From Mytilus trossulus (Eukaryota), in the NCBI RefSeq assembly GCF_036588685.1, contig NC_086373.1, positions 109,430,001 through 109,494,000 of the forward strand: a stretch of 64,000 nt of DNA, read 5' to 3'. Positions 14,626-27,800 of the stretch are shown here, in pieces. Each line of letters opens with the position of its first letter. The stretch's first letter is position 1. A program made the position numbers and the translations under genes. Below the pieces are notes generated by a model. The model saw only the letters and a program-made list of their open reading frames with translations. It was not told the DNA's origin and ran no database searches.

Positions 14626-17600
14626 CATATTATATTAGAAATGGATAGATATGTTTTAGGTAGTCACTCGATGTAACTTGCATATTACAGTAGAAATGAA
14701 TAGATGTTTTCTATGTGGTCACTCGATGTAACTTGCATATTACAGTAGAAATGAATAGATGTTTTCTATGTGGTCACTCGATGTAACTTGCATATTACAG
14801 TAGAAATGAATAGATGTTTTCTATGTGGTCACTCGATGTAACTTGCATATTACAGTAGAAATGAATAGATGTTTTCTATGTGGTCACTCGATGTAACTTG
14901 CATATTACAGTAGAAATGAATAGATGTTTTCTATGTGGTCACTTGAGGTAACTCGCATATTACAGTAGAAATGGATAGATGTTTTCTATGTGGTCACTCG
15001 AGGTAACTTGCATATTACAGTAGAAATGAATAGATGTTTTCTATGTGGTCACTCGAGGTAACTTGCATATTACAGTAGAAATGAATAGATGTTTTCTATG
15101 TGGTCACTTGAGGTAACTTGCATATTACAGTAGAAATGAATAGATGTTTTCTATGTGGACACTGAGGTAACTTGCATATTACAGTAGAAATGAATAGATG
15201 TTTTCTATGTGGTCACTTGAGGTAACTTGCATATTACAGTAGAAATGAATAGATGTTTTCTATGTGGACACTGAGGTAACTTGCATATTACAGTAGAAAT
15301 GATTAGATGTTTTCTATGTGGTCACTCGAGGTAACTCGCATATTACAGTAGAAATGATTAGATGTTTTCTATGTGGTCACTCGAGGTAACTCGCATATTA
15401 CAGTAGAAATGCATAGATGTTTTCTAAGTGATCACTCAAGGTCACTCACATATTACAGTAGAAATGAATAGATGTTTTCTATGTGGTCACTCGAGGTAAC
15501 TCGCATATTACAGTAGAAATGAATAGATGTTTTCTATGTGGACACTGAGGTAACTCGCATATTACAGTAGAAATGAATAGATGTTTTCTATGTGGTCACT
15601 CGAGGGAACTTGCATATTACAGTAGAAATGAATAGATGTTTTCTATGTGGTCACTTGAGGTAACTTGCATATTACAGTAGAAATGATTAGATGTTTTCTA
15701 TGTGGTCACTCGAGGTAACTTGCATATTACAGTAGAAATGATTAGATGTTTTCTATGTGGTCACTCGAGGTAACTTGCATATTACAGTAGAAATGAATAG
15801 ATGTTTTCTATGTGGTCACTCGAGGTAACTTGCATATTACAGTAGAAATGAATAGATGTTTTCTATGTGGTCACTTGAGGTAACTTGCATATTACAGTAG
15901 AAATGAATAGATGTTTTCTATGTGGTCACTCGAGGTAACTTGCATATTACAGTAGAAATGAATAGATGTTTTCTATGTGGTCACTTGAGGTAACTCGCAT
16001 ATTACAGTAGAAATGAATAGATGTTTTCTATGTGGTCACTCGAGGTAACTTGCATATTACAGTAGAAATGAATAGATGTTTTCTATGTGGTCACTCGAGG
16101 TAACTTGCATATTACAGTAGAAATGAATAGATGTTTTCTATGTGGTCACTCGAGGTAACTTGCATATTACAGTAGAAATGAATAGATGTTTTCTATGTGG
16201 TCACTCGAGGTAACTTGCATATTACAGTAGAAATGAATAGATGTTTTCTATGTGGTCACTCGAGGTAACTCGCATATTACAGTAGAAATGAATAGATGTT
16301 TTCTATGTGGTCACTCGAGGTAACTTGCATATTACAGTAGAAATGAATAGATGTTTTCTATGTGGTCACTCGAGGTAACTCGCATATTACAGTAGAAATG
16401 AATAGATGTTTTCTATGTGGTCACTCGAGGTAACTTGCATATTACAGTAGAAATGAATAGATGTTTTCTATGTGGTCACTTGAGGTAACTTGCATATTAC
16501 AGTAGAAATGAATAGATGTTTTCTATGTGGTCACTCGAGGTAACTCGCATATTACAGTAGAAATGCATAGATGTTTTCTAAGTGATCACTCAAGGTCACT
16601 CACATATTACAGTAGAAATGATTAGATGTTTTCTATGTGGTCACTTGAGGTAACTCGCATATTACAGTAGAAATGAATAGATGTTTTCTATGTGGTCACT
16701 CGAGGGAACTTGCATATTACAGTAGAAATGATTAGATGTTTTCTATGTGGTCACTTGAGGTAACTTGCATATTACAGTAGAAATGAATAGATGTTTTCTA
16801 TGTGGTCACTTGAGGTAACTTGCATATTACAGTAGAAATGAATAGATGTTTTCTATGTGGTCACTTGCATATTACAGTAGAAATGAATAGATGTTTTCTA
16901 TGTGGTCACTCGAGGTAACTTGCATATTACAGTAGAAATGAATAGATGTTTTCTATGTGGTCACTCGAGGTAACTTGCATATTACAGTAGAAATGAATAG
17001 ATGTTTTCTATGTGGTCACTCGAGGTAACTTGCATATTACAGTAGAAATGAATAGATGTTTTCTATGTGGTCACTCGAGGTAACTCGCATATTACAGTAG
17101 AAATGAATAGATGTTTTCTATGTGGTCACTCGAGGTAACTTGCATATTACAGCAGAAATGAATAGATGTTTTCTATGTGGTCACTTGAGGTAACTTGCAT
17201 ATTACAGTAGAAATGAATAGATGTTTTCTATGTGGTCACTCGAGGTAACTTGCATATTACAGTAGAAATGAATAGATGTTTTCTATGTGGTCACTCGAGG
17301 TAACTCGCATATTACAGTAGAAATGATTAGATGTTTTCTATGTGGTCACTCGAGGTAACTTGCATATTACAGTAGAAATGAATAGATGTTTTCTATGTGG
17401 TCACTCGAGGTAACTTGCATATTACAGTAGAAATGAATAGATGTTTTCTATGTGGTCACTCGAGGTAACTCGCATATTACAGTAGAAATGAATAGATGTT
17501 TTCTATGTGGTCACTCGAGGTAACTTGCATATTACAGTAGAAATGAATAGATGTTTTCTATGTGGTCACTCGAGGTAACTTGCATATTACAGTAGAAATG

Positions 17601-17800
17601 AATAGATGTTTTCTATGTGGTCACTTGAGGTAACTTGCATATTACAGTAGAAATGATTAGATGTTTTCTATGTGGTCACTCGAGGTAACTTGCATATTAC
17701 AGCAGAAATGAATAGATGTTTTCTATGTGGTCACTTGAGGTAACTTGCATATTACAGTAGAAATTAAAAGGTGTTTTCTATTTTTAACTCGAGGTAATAT
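14626..17800. repeat. 55-bp tandem satellite, about 57 copies
   Basis: Unit CATATTACAGTAGAAATGAATAGATGTTTTCTATGTGGTCACTCGAGGTAACTTG, period measured 14791 to 14846, degenerate copies at both edges. Confidence 0.97.
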
Positions 17801-18368
17801 GCATTTTAAATTCTGAATGAATATGTGTTTTTTTATGTGATTGCCCTGAAACTGTGTGGTAAATAATCAAGTATGTTGTTTGATTCAAGGTGTTTCATGA
17901 TGTGCTCTAGTATTTAACAGGGAAAAACACATTAGTGAGATTGATTTACAGTTCCGTGCTTGATGTTTATCACTTATTTTTAAACAGACATAACGTTGTG
18001 TGATCCCAATAAAGATGTACTTTTCCTGTCTTTGTTGATTGTGTTATAAGAAAAGAACGTCTGTCTGTGCAAAATTATTGTTTTCTTTGACCATTATTCT
18101 TACTATGTTATCTGGAAGGCAGTAAATTTTTTCTACAATTGTATTTTTAATTTGTTTGATATATTTAGGTGTTTACCATCATGATTTCCTTTCTAAATTT
18201 GGATATATGTGAGCTTTTTTATAGGCTTCAAGTTTGAATCTTTCCATGGTAGTCTTGATCTGCAACAAATATATACAAGTTCCATGACAAATATACCATA
18301 TAGTTTGTATGAATGAGGCAGTAACCCAACAACACAAAGCACACTTAGTCATTTATATAGGGTCTTCA

Positions 18369-18796
18369 ACAATATGCCTAGTGTCTACAGAATATGCCAA
18401 GTGTCTTCACTAAGCTAGGTATCTATTCAATATGTCAACTGTCTATACAATATGCCAACTGTCTATACAATATGCCAACTGTCTATACAATATGTCAACT
18501 GTCTATACAATATGTCAACTGTCTATACAATATGCCAACTGTCTATACAATATGCCAACTGTCTATACAATATGTCAACTGTCTATACAATATGTCAACT
18601 GTCTATACAATATGCCAACTGTCTATACAATATGTCAACTGTCTATACAATATGCCAACTGTCTATACAATATGCCAACTGTCTATACAATATGCCAACT
18701 GTCTATACAATATGTCAACTGTCTATACAATATGCCAACTGTCTATACAATATGTCAACTGTCTATACAATATGTCAACTGTCTATACAATATGCC
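18369..18796. repeat. 20-bp minisatellite (CAATATGYCAACTGTCTATA)n
   Basis: About 18 near-perfect units at 18428-18796 differing only at one C/T position, plus degenerate units upstream. Confidence 0.97.
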
Positions 18797-19239
18797 TCAG
18801 TTATGTAGAATAAAGTCTGAACTAATAGTCATGCTGGCCTTCACCAAAAAATGTGTACCAAACAATGAATCTTTTTAATTAATATGACTAGTTATTTCAC
18901 ATTTTTTTGAAACAATTGACCAATCACAATTCAAAAATGACCCTGTTTCATACTATGTTTTCCTTTTGATTGCAAAAAATTAAAGGAATAAAAAGATAAT
19001 TCTGAAGAGAAAATTTGCTTAGATTTTTTTTAACTTTTCATTTATTTTAATTTACAAATATTTTTTCAACTTTCTTCATACTTCATATCACAATTTTGTT
19101 TTGTTTTGTTTGTGTGTGTGTGTGTCTGGAGAGTAAAGAGTGTGTATTAAACACAACTGCATACTACACATGACTCAAAACGGTAATCACACAAAGACAA
19201 ATATGACAAAGTGGCAAGAAGATGACCTGATAAGAAAAA

Positions 19240-21541
19240 CTCTATACAGTATATCACATTTATTTTATACAGTCTATAACAAAACATAATAACAACCAAA
19301 TGTGTATTGATATAATTACCTAACATTTAATATACAGACTTATTGCACCAATCATACTCATTCATAACCAGGAATGTCAATCATATACATTGTATCTCAA
19401 GTTAAAAACAGTACCTGTTAAGGAAATCATATATCTCAAGATACAAAAAGTACCTGTTAGGGAAATCATATATCTTAAGTTACAAAAAGTACCTGTAGGG
19501 ATATAAATTATTGTGCTACTGGAAATCTTATTTCTTGGATAAGTTTTGGTTTATGTTGCTTTCTGTCCTAAAGGTAGTAGTAACATTATAGCATGTATAA
19601 TAATTTGAAATAGCTATACTTGAAAACAGTAATTATCATCAACATCTGATTCAGTTTGGTTAGAATTATAACTTAAGCTAGTACATATTCCAAACACCTA
19701 CTTTTATTCACCATTTAAAGACTGGAACGTAAATAGAATTACTATCAATATGATGTGTTTTTGTCTTTGATAAACTTGGGTAATAAAATCTTAAATGACT
19801 TAGTCTCAAAGCCAATAAAGGCTATCATAGACTAGTTTTTGATGATATAATAAAGGATGCGATTTAAATGAGTTTATTTAGCTATGAATTTTGATTACAA
19901 CTTAAATCTAATTTCAAATCTAGTTCGTCACAGACATACACTTAACAAAATAAATATTTTAAATGCATCAAATACCTAACAGAGATTGTACTTTCTCAAT
20001 AATTCTAACTGTCTCTTGATTTTGAGAATTTTACCACTCAAGCTTAATCGTCATACTGTTCTGTTGATACTAATCGTTAAACTAATTTGTAGGTCAGTAT
20101 TTACTAGAACAAAATACATCATAAAACTGTCGTACAGTTCTGAGAAAAAAATCAAATATGATACAATCATATCACACACAAAATTAAATTTACTAGTAAT
20201 AGAGAACAGTTTATTATATGCTAGATACAAAACTTCATATAACATTCACACACAGAAATAAGTTTATCAACATTCTATATGGTATTCTCTTAAAATAATA
20301 TATAATAATGGTAACAATGTGGGGTCTATAAATATAAAGACAAAATTATCTATAATGATCTGTGGAATTGTTCACGTCTTATTATTATAGAGAATGGTCA
20401 AGGTGTTCTTTGTTCTTTTACAACAATTTAAAAACTGAATTTCCAATATTGACGGATGGATGGTGTTTAGCAACACTCTCAGCATGTGTTGGGTTCATCA
20501 TGGTGGTCACTTCTTGGAGGATGGAGCAGCATAACATAGAAAGAATCATGGACACTTGGTCGGGAAAACTAGTAATCCTAGTCAATCAAGATAGGAGTCT
20601 ACACAATTACTATGAGCTGGGTTAGAACTCACAACTTCTTAGTGACAGACTAGTTATTGCTGTAGATGAATTACTCAGACCACTCGACCACAGATGCCCT
20701 AATTAAACAAAATATAGTATTGCCAAGATAAAATTTCAATTTCATGTCTTATTTGGATAATTGTGAGTTATAATTTGAATAAATGCACTGTAAAAACTAC
20801 AAACTAAGGGGGGTAACTAACATTGAAAAGTTAATAATCTTCCACTAGCCCAAAAAGTGCATTAGTTTTGGAACTACCTTTCTATAGACAAAGGTACAAG
20901 GTAATTTTTTGGCGACAAATGAACTTAAGCACTTCATTTAAACTAGTGGAAAATATAATGAATGAATTACATTAAAACTCCAATCACTTCAAGCATTATT
21001 TTGTAAATGCATATAGTAATACACGTTCCTTGGTGAACTCTGCTAAGGGACTATGGTATAATCAATATCATAAACAAAGAGACCAAGATCACCATTTTGT
21101 TGATTTTAAATCATGTCAATGGCCAATATACCTGACATTTGATTTACAATTTTATATAAAAGTCTGCTTTAACAGAACATCCAGTGTTATAATATGTAAA
21201 TGTTATTAAATAAATTATAAATGACATGATATGGAACATCTTCCATTACACTAAATCAGTCCATACGAAAATTAAGCTAAACAAACATTGTTTTCATTTT
21301 AAACAGATATTTTGATACTTCTTGGTAATATATTGGAATTTCTTTTGAACAAAATGTTAACGTAATTCTTGACAAAGCTGTCTCCTCACTGTTTGACATG
21401 GGTATCGTTGTGTGCAGACTGAGTTACTTCCCTTGGGTAAAGTTAGTCTGTTTTTGTAGCAGCCCAGATGATAAGAATGAGGAATATTAGAACAACCAAG
21501 AGAATTACAATAATTATACACTTCTTCCTTCTGCTTTTCTT
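19240..21541 (-). other. Probable non-coding terminal (3' UTR) exon of the syntaxin gene
   Basis: Donor CAG|gtaggc 4 nt after the stop (21882), acceptor ttttctatttgtag| at 21542, candidate AATAAA at 19264-19259 (minus). The distal end is uncertain. Confidence 0.55.
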
Positions 21542-21886
21542 CTACAAATAGAAAATTAAGTTTCATTATTCTGAAATATCGTTACTAGTTTTGTCTTTTT
21601 CCAATACAAAATAATTGTGTGATTTAAGAAATGATTCTCATATAAATAATGTTTATTTTTGTTTCAATATGTGTCAGATATATATCCTCTCTTTTTTTTA
21701 AATGAGTTTTGTCCAAAAATGTATCACCCAGAGATGAGTGGTATTAAGGTATCTAATAATAAACTAAACAAAAACAAAACAAAATAAGTTTAAATAAAGC
21801 AAAAAAATAAATGTTTTTTTTAACTAAAAGCAGCAAATAATCCTGTTTTTTTTTACACTGTAGCAGATTTATATATGCCTACCTGA

Positions 21887-24800
21887 TTACTTCTTTAATG
21901 TAACAATTAATATAATGGCTACAACTGCTATTATCACAAACACTATAACCAGGCAGATACATTTTTTTCTTCGTGCCTTACTCTGAAATAAACAAGTGCT
22001 TCAACTAACATGCAAAAATAAACAGACAGAAATAAACAAACAGTTTTAAGAAAACATAGAAATAAACAAACAGTTTTAAGAAAACATAGAAATAAACAAA
22101 AAGGTCCAAATAAAAAATAAACAAATAAATAAATAGGTCAGACTAATTATATGGAAATAAACAAATAGGTCAAACTAAATATATAGAAATAAAGAGATAC
22201 AAAAAAAATATAATCAAATTGAAAGACAGTCATATGCACAATGCTAAAATTCTCACATACAAAAATAAAAGCCAGGCCACCGTTTCACAAAGCCTTCGTA
22301 AGTTTACGTGTCATCGTAAGCCCATCGTAAATAAATCGTAGGATTTACAGACGTTTCACAAAGCCATCGTAAGTTAAGATGATCGTAAATAATGCCTTAA
22401 TCCTATGCGTAACATTACTACAGCTATACCCAGTCGTAACTCCATCGTAGCTTTTCTACGAAAATGAATTAATCCATTTGCAGCGTTCTTTATTCTTGGT
22501 CAAGATGCCTCAAATGTTAGAAGACAAAGAAGAATCGTCAATATTATAGAACTACACTTAATTAAAGTCTATTTTCGTTTGATTATTTGTATATGCAAGC
22601 AACTTTCATAATGCAATTTCCAAATCCTAGGCATTTATAATCACTTTTACTCATCTTATTTCTTACCGGCGTCCGTCTTGACAATTTGATAAATAGGCTT
22701 TCTATCACGTCCGCGTTCTGGCCCCGGCGCCATAAAACTTTTTTTTGCTGAGTAAAAAAATATTCTCAGAATGAATTATTTTACTCAGCTAAGAATGAGA
22801 ACTTTTTTATCCGCCATAAAAAAATATTCTCAACGTTGAGAATATTCTCAGCTGAGTATTTTTTTTCTCAGTTGAGAATTTTTTTCTCAGTGATGTAAGG
22901 GGTAAAATAGATGTTTGAAAACTAAAAAGTGTACCAAACTTCGCAAAAACGCAGGTTTTATCTCTTTATTAACAATGTAAAACATAAAAAAAAATCAATG
23001 ATGGATGAAATGACAAGTAGCATTTTGTACGCATAGGTAACATAAATAATTTGTGGACAATTGTTTGAAATAAAAGACAAAGATCTCAAAATATTTAAGT
23101 TATTTACCAGTATCTTGTTATAAATATATATAACTTTTTAATGAGTTTCATTTTTTTAATTTTTTTTTTAAAGATTATGTCTCTGTTAAAACATTACACA
23201 TTAAGACATAATAATGGTATTCCTTAATTATATATGTCTCTGATTATACCATAGTTTATTCCAAATTATTTCATTCTGGAAAACTAGACAAAGTTGAAAA
23301 CTGCATAGATTTGTTAAGCATGTAATATGCGTGGAATGGTCTATTCTAAAATTAAATAAACACCTAGTTTGAAGATAATTTTTACATCCAACAGATTTAT
23401 ATCGGTGCCAACATTTATTTTCATACAACTTCTGTCTAAGATGCACGTTTTAATGATGATGTTTTATTAATAATGGCGAAATCTTCGAAATTTTATCTCC
23501 TTGGAATGTAATATGCGTTGACGTTTATGTGAAGGGTGCTTTCTTTCACGTCCGCACTTCTATCGAGTATGGCATGCCAAATAAACAATAAGACGGATCA
23601 ATAACATACATTATGAATTCAGACGACACATTAGAAGACACTATGTGACATTTTTTAGTTAATTGTTTATAACTTTTTTTTCTCAGATCTATAAACAAAA
23701 AAAAACAAAAAAAAACACAACAAAAAACCAACAAACCGGATATTTTTATAATATGAAAGCAAGTAAATAATTGTAATCAATATTCAAGGTACATGTATGT
23801 AACTTTTAATATAAATTTGATACAGAATTTTAAGCGATTTAATAACTAATCAAGTAGTCATAAAAATTGCTCAGCAAGCAGCATAATGAGGTGAATATCA
23901 TATTGCACAGGAAGAGAAATTGAACATACGACGTGGTGTGAGAAGGCATGACATATATATTGCCCATTTCATTTATTAAAAACACCAAGTGTTCAAACAT
24001 TCTTTTTCAAAAATAAATACAGTTAAATAGAACAAACTGCAAAACTATCCGTCACAATGATATATGAGGGTCTTTATAAGGAGTAAGGGGAATTGGGGGT
24101 TGGTTTTTTTTTCGTATTTTGTAAGAAATATTTATTCTGTAAAATTCTTCTGTTCTGATCGTGCATATGGGAATTTCCTTCTGTATCATGATTTTCACAT
24201 GATAGATTTTTCGTCTATATCTCCCCTGAATCTGTTACTGTACTGCACAAATTAGACATTTATCAATTTCATACCTGTTTAAAACCAAACAGGGGGGGGG
24301 GGGGGAATTATTTTACATCTTAGTAATAATTTGAATATCTAAGAAATAACAGTAGAAATGGTGACATTAGGTATATTTGATTATACATATATTTGGTTTG
24401 TAGATATGAGGTACCAATATTGCAATATTATTAAGGTACCTGATGCAGTAGTAAATTGTAAAAAGTAGATATAAGAGAGATTAATCTAAAAAGAAAGAAA
24501 AAAACCGACCACATAAACTATATTTTATCCTTGTTAGGCCCAACTGTCTAACATAATATCAATTATTGTCTATATCTCAAATACTTTGGAGAATATTAAA
24601 TTAAAAAATATATTTAACATTTATTGCGTGTGTTAGTGAAGAAAAAAGTTATATGTACCTCTAAAAAGTTCAAATACAATGGTTTCCGTTCTAGAACATC
24701 AGTCAAATAGCCCTAACAAAAAAAATGTTCGCTCAAATATGCGATGCCCTCTAAAATGTGGATAATTTCTTATAACAAAGGAGCAGTGAAGCTGTTTCAC

Positions 24801-27800
24801 ACTAGAATAAAAAAAGTATTTCAATCTTTTCTTAAATTCATAGTATCATAGAGCTGTATGTACTTTTTTTTGTTTGTTTTAGCAACAGTTTGATTGAATA
24901 ATTTAAATCAATCAACAAATTATGAACTCTGGAAAAAAGCCTGAAACCTCAATTTTTACAGTTTTTGACAAAATTGAGTAATTATTCTACAAAATATATG
25001 AAAAAGACGACGTTAGCCAAACAAAAATTTTGGACTTAATAAATATGTGTATGCTCTTTTTGGATACAACTTGGTTTGTGTAGAATAGTGACGTTCTTCA
25101 AAATTAAAAAAAATATTATTAACAATTGTAATTTTATATCAAATACCCTAAATAGCAACATTTAAGAATTTTTTTTATACTTAAGTATGCTATTGGCCAT
25201 ACTCAAATATTTAAGAATATTCTTAACTTTGAGTAAAAAAATCTGAGAATCTTTTTTATGGCGGTGTATTTTGCTGAGAATAAAAAAATTGAGAAAATTC
25301 TCAGGCTGAGTAAAAAAACTGTACTCAAATAGTTTTATGGCGCCGGGGCCTGAAATCTATTTATAATTATATCACTACAGACACAGTGGTAATCGATAAA
25401 ACGTTTATAGAAGGATGTTTTATTCCCATTTTCAAGTTATGTGTACAATATAAATCTGAAATCAGTGTTTCACATTCAAAGCAGATAATAATTATTCTTT
25501 GTAATTTCGGCCAAAAAAGAAATGTATTTTTTAAAATAAGAATATCGCAATAAATATCTGACTGTAATTAGTTTCGTGGTTATAGATGGAACTTATTGCA
25601 ACTATTAAGATATATATTATATATGCCTTTCGAGTGACTATTTTTGGATCGAATTTAATGTAGATCATATATACCAAAACTAATAGAGGGTAAGCTGCAG
25701 ATCAATAAGACTTTGTGTAGATGTGACATGTCTTAAAAAAATTAATACAGTAGAAAAATAATTTGGAAAAGGGGGGGGGGGGGGGTTTCAGATTGAAAAG
25801 TGAAGCATTTTTTTCTGTTTACTTTATTATTTAATAGATCGAAACAAGTGCCCCTGCACATCTCTCCTCAGTCCGTCTTCTTTTAAGTATATATGTTATT
25901 TAGGGAAAGAAAGACAATTATTCTATACACAATAGCCGTTTTAGCTATACAAAACAGCTAGTTGGAAATGTAGGTAATACATTAATAAAACAGCAATCAA
26001 ATGACAAAGACGAACTAAGGACATCCAGAAGGCAACATAGTATAGTATAGTTTTCAACAATATAGATAGATGTCTATGTTCCAGACCATATGAGTATTTG
26101 TACCGTACGCGTACTTTTTCAAAATACGCGGCATACGTCGGACTGTTCGCATACGGTCTGTCAGATTTTAAGGTCAAGTTTTAATACAAATAAATATATT
26201 ACAGATCAACACGACATAAATCTCGAATTGATATAAAAAGTTAAATTGTAATTGGAATAAAAACTTATTGTTTTGACTATTTTAATAGGTCTCGTTAATT
26301 TAATATGGTAAGCGTCTGTATTTAGCATGAAATACAATATTGCTCACTAGATTGAAGCCGACAAAATGTGGATGAAAAGTTTTTAGAATTTTTAGGATTT
26401 TTATCTAGAAAAAAAGTAAAAACAGCTAGTGAGACAACAGGTCAATTTCTCGTTTTAATATAAAAATAAAATTTGATAGAAACGATACAAAAAAAACCAC
26501 ATTAAATAGCAACTCTCCAAATAATGTAACAATCTAGGAAAAAAAGGAAGAAGTCTAAATGTAAAAAAAGTTAATAATTTAAAATTACCAATTTTTAAAT
26601 ACATAAACGCGTATTTCCCGCTTTACGTAACACTACAAGAAACTTTCCTAGGAGCCGTGGATTGCGAAATGTCGTCTGTATATTTCTAAAATATTTACGT
26701 AAATTGATGGCGTCGTGTGTTAAAACATTTATCGGCCAATCAAATCGGTATATATTATTTAATATTCACGGTTGGGAACCCCTCTAATCCGAACTCCTGC
26801 GTCGTAAAAATTACAAGCTTTGCATATTCTTTAGCTTTTATATACTTAGTAGGCAACCCTTTTTGTTGGTTGGTTGTATCATAATATTCTAATGCACCGA
26901 TTTTTAAAAGAGACCACCAAAACTCTACTTGTGGATACTCTTATAGTATTAAGCATCCTATCCCATTAATAGGCGCTTGAATACTAGTATCAGATATTTA
27001 TTTGAAATAACCCAAGATATCTGAGTTTGTGAATGAGGTGAATGTTTGGTATGATTGCCAATGAGACAACTACCCACAAAATGACTCAAACATTAACAAC
27101 TATAGGTCACCGTACGGCTTTCAACAATGAGCAAAGTCCATACCGCATAGTCGGCTATAAAAGGCCCCGATAAGACTGTAAAACATATCAAACGAGAAAA
27201 CCAACGGCCTTATTTATGTAAAAAAAAAATGAACGAAAAACAAATATGTAACACATAAACAAACGACAACCGCTTATTTACAGGCTCCTGACTAGGGACA
27301 TGCACATTAAATAATGTGGTGGGGTTAAACATGTTAGCGGAATCCCAACCCTCCCCCTAACCTGGCCCGGACAGTGGTATAACAGTACAACATAAGAACG
27401 AACTATAAACATCAGTTGAAAAAGGCTTAACTCCTCAGATGGACAAAAATACATGTGGACAAGGCCGGATACTTATACATCCGATACAACAAGTCACAAT
27501 GAATAGATCTGAGAGTACTTCGATTCTTTATAATTTGAAAATTTATATTCTTTCGCCGGAATGATTCCTACGTCCTAAGTTTCATATTTGAGAGATCCAT
27601 GATTATTGATTCCAATTTAAAAAAAAACAACAACAAAAAATATATTTTATATATAGGTCTGGAAGACGAATGCTTTTTGGGGGGTTGGGGAAAACCTATT
27701 TTTCACTTTCACTACAAATAAAAGTTAAAAAAAATAAAATTAAAATCCTTCAAAGCGATTTTTATATAAGCATTTTTTTAAATATTGGGCTATCAATAAT

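Noticed and set aside
14626-17800. Regular repeat array resembling CRISPR
   Set aside because: Head-to-tail near-identical units with no unique spacers, no cas genes, eukaryotic context.
18394-18878. Three overlapping Cys-rich ORFs
   Set aside because: Translations of the 20-bp minisatellite in all three frames; no gene structure.
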